Translations under genes and position numbers: made by a program | The notes under the pieces: generated by a model | Database searches by the model: none | Told to the model about the DNA's origin: nothing | The model's input: the letters and a program-made list of their open reading frames with translations, nothing else | Part shown: positions 63,883-64,000 of the stretch, piece after piece | How positions within the stretch are numbered: the first letter of the stretch is position 1 | Layout of the letters: each line of letters starts with the position of its first letter | Origin: Acidobacteriota bacterium | GTDB taxonomy: Bacteria; Acidobacteriota; Vicinamibacteria; Vicinamibacterales; UBA2999 | Length of the DNA stretch: 64,000 nt | Assembly: GCA_046727855.1 (NCBI GenBank) | Contig: JBKPDL010000025.1 | Location: 15,697 to 79,696 of the forward strand | Direction of reading: 5' to 3'

Positions 63883-64000
63883 GAACTAGCCAAGGGGTCC
63901 GGCGTGCCGCCCGCCGGATGTGGCGCACCTGCTCGCGCGCTGCCCTTGATATCCTGCTAACTCCGCGGCCCTTGGCTAGTTCTTGTTGTTGGCTTGGCGC
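63883..64000 (+). repeat. Copy D of the three-hairpin repeat, cut by the window end, with a ~43-nt insertion in hairpin 1
   Basis: GAACTAGCCAAGGGG[insert]CTGCCCTTGATATCCTGCTAACTCCGCGGCCCTTGGCTAGTTCTTGTTGTTGGCTTGGCGC. The insert resembles the element's own GC hairpin. Confidence 0.75.

Noticed and set aside
1-64000. Search by eye for tRNA, rRNA, transposase, integrase, phage or defence-system genes (nucleases, SIR2/TIR, large ATPases)
   Set aside because: None recognised in any frame. The repeats found are therefore non-autonomous, and the window does not look like a prophage or a classical defence island.

Overview
High-GC (about 65%) chromosomal segment, most likely from an Acidobacteriota-like soil bacterium: it has a PadR plus duplicated FtsX-permease pair and GGACC-TAAA-GGTCC type REP hairpins. 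I support about 65 protein genes. They include an OMP-RND-MFP efflux operon, a GH15 glycosidase and a MacAB-like ABC exporter with two separate FtsX permeases. There are also two adjacent OmpR/histidine-kinase pairs, many one-component regulators (PadR, TetR, Crp, AraC x2, HxlR, MocR, MarR, CGNR) and many small stress or detox enzymes (NIPSNAP, VOC, DinB, ABM x3, SDR, ALDH, DJ-1, MBL, haem peroxidase, arginase family). I recognised no rRNA, tRNA, CRISPR, transposase or integrase by eye. The most unusual part is 33.2-41.6 kb. It holds an ECF sigma / single-pass membrane protein / secreted protein trio (rpoE-rseA-rseB-like layout) and a large unknown secreted protein. Next come an orphan OmpR-type winged-helix domain fused in frame to an OM beta-barrel-like domain, a translationally coupled BamA/Omp85 gene and a small secreted protein. 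Three transcription units in this block share conserved upstream sequence. The block is bounded by an AraC gene stump on one side and by a ~230-bp palindromic array of about 19 thirteen-nt GGAAC units on the other. A ~155-nt three-hairpin repeat family (4 copies with compensatory stem changes), pho-box-like direct repeats linking a two-component system to a serine hydrolase gene, and several gene-fragment scars are also present. All functional calls rest on motif recognition in the translations; no database search was possible.
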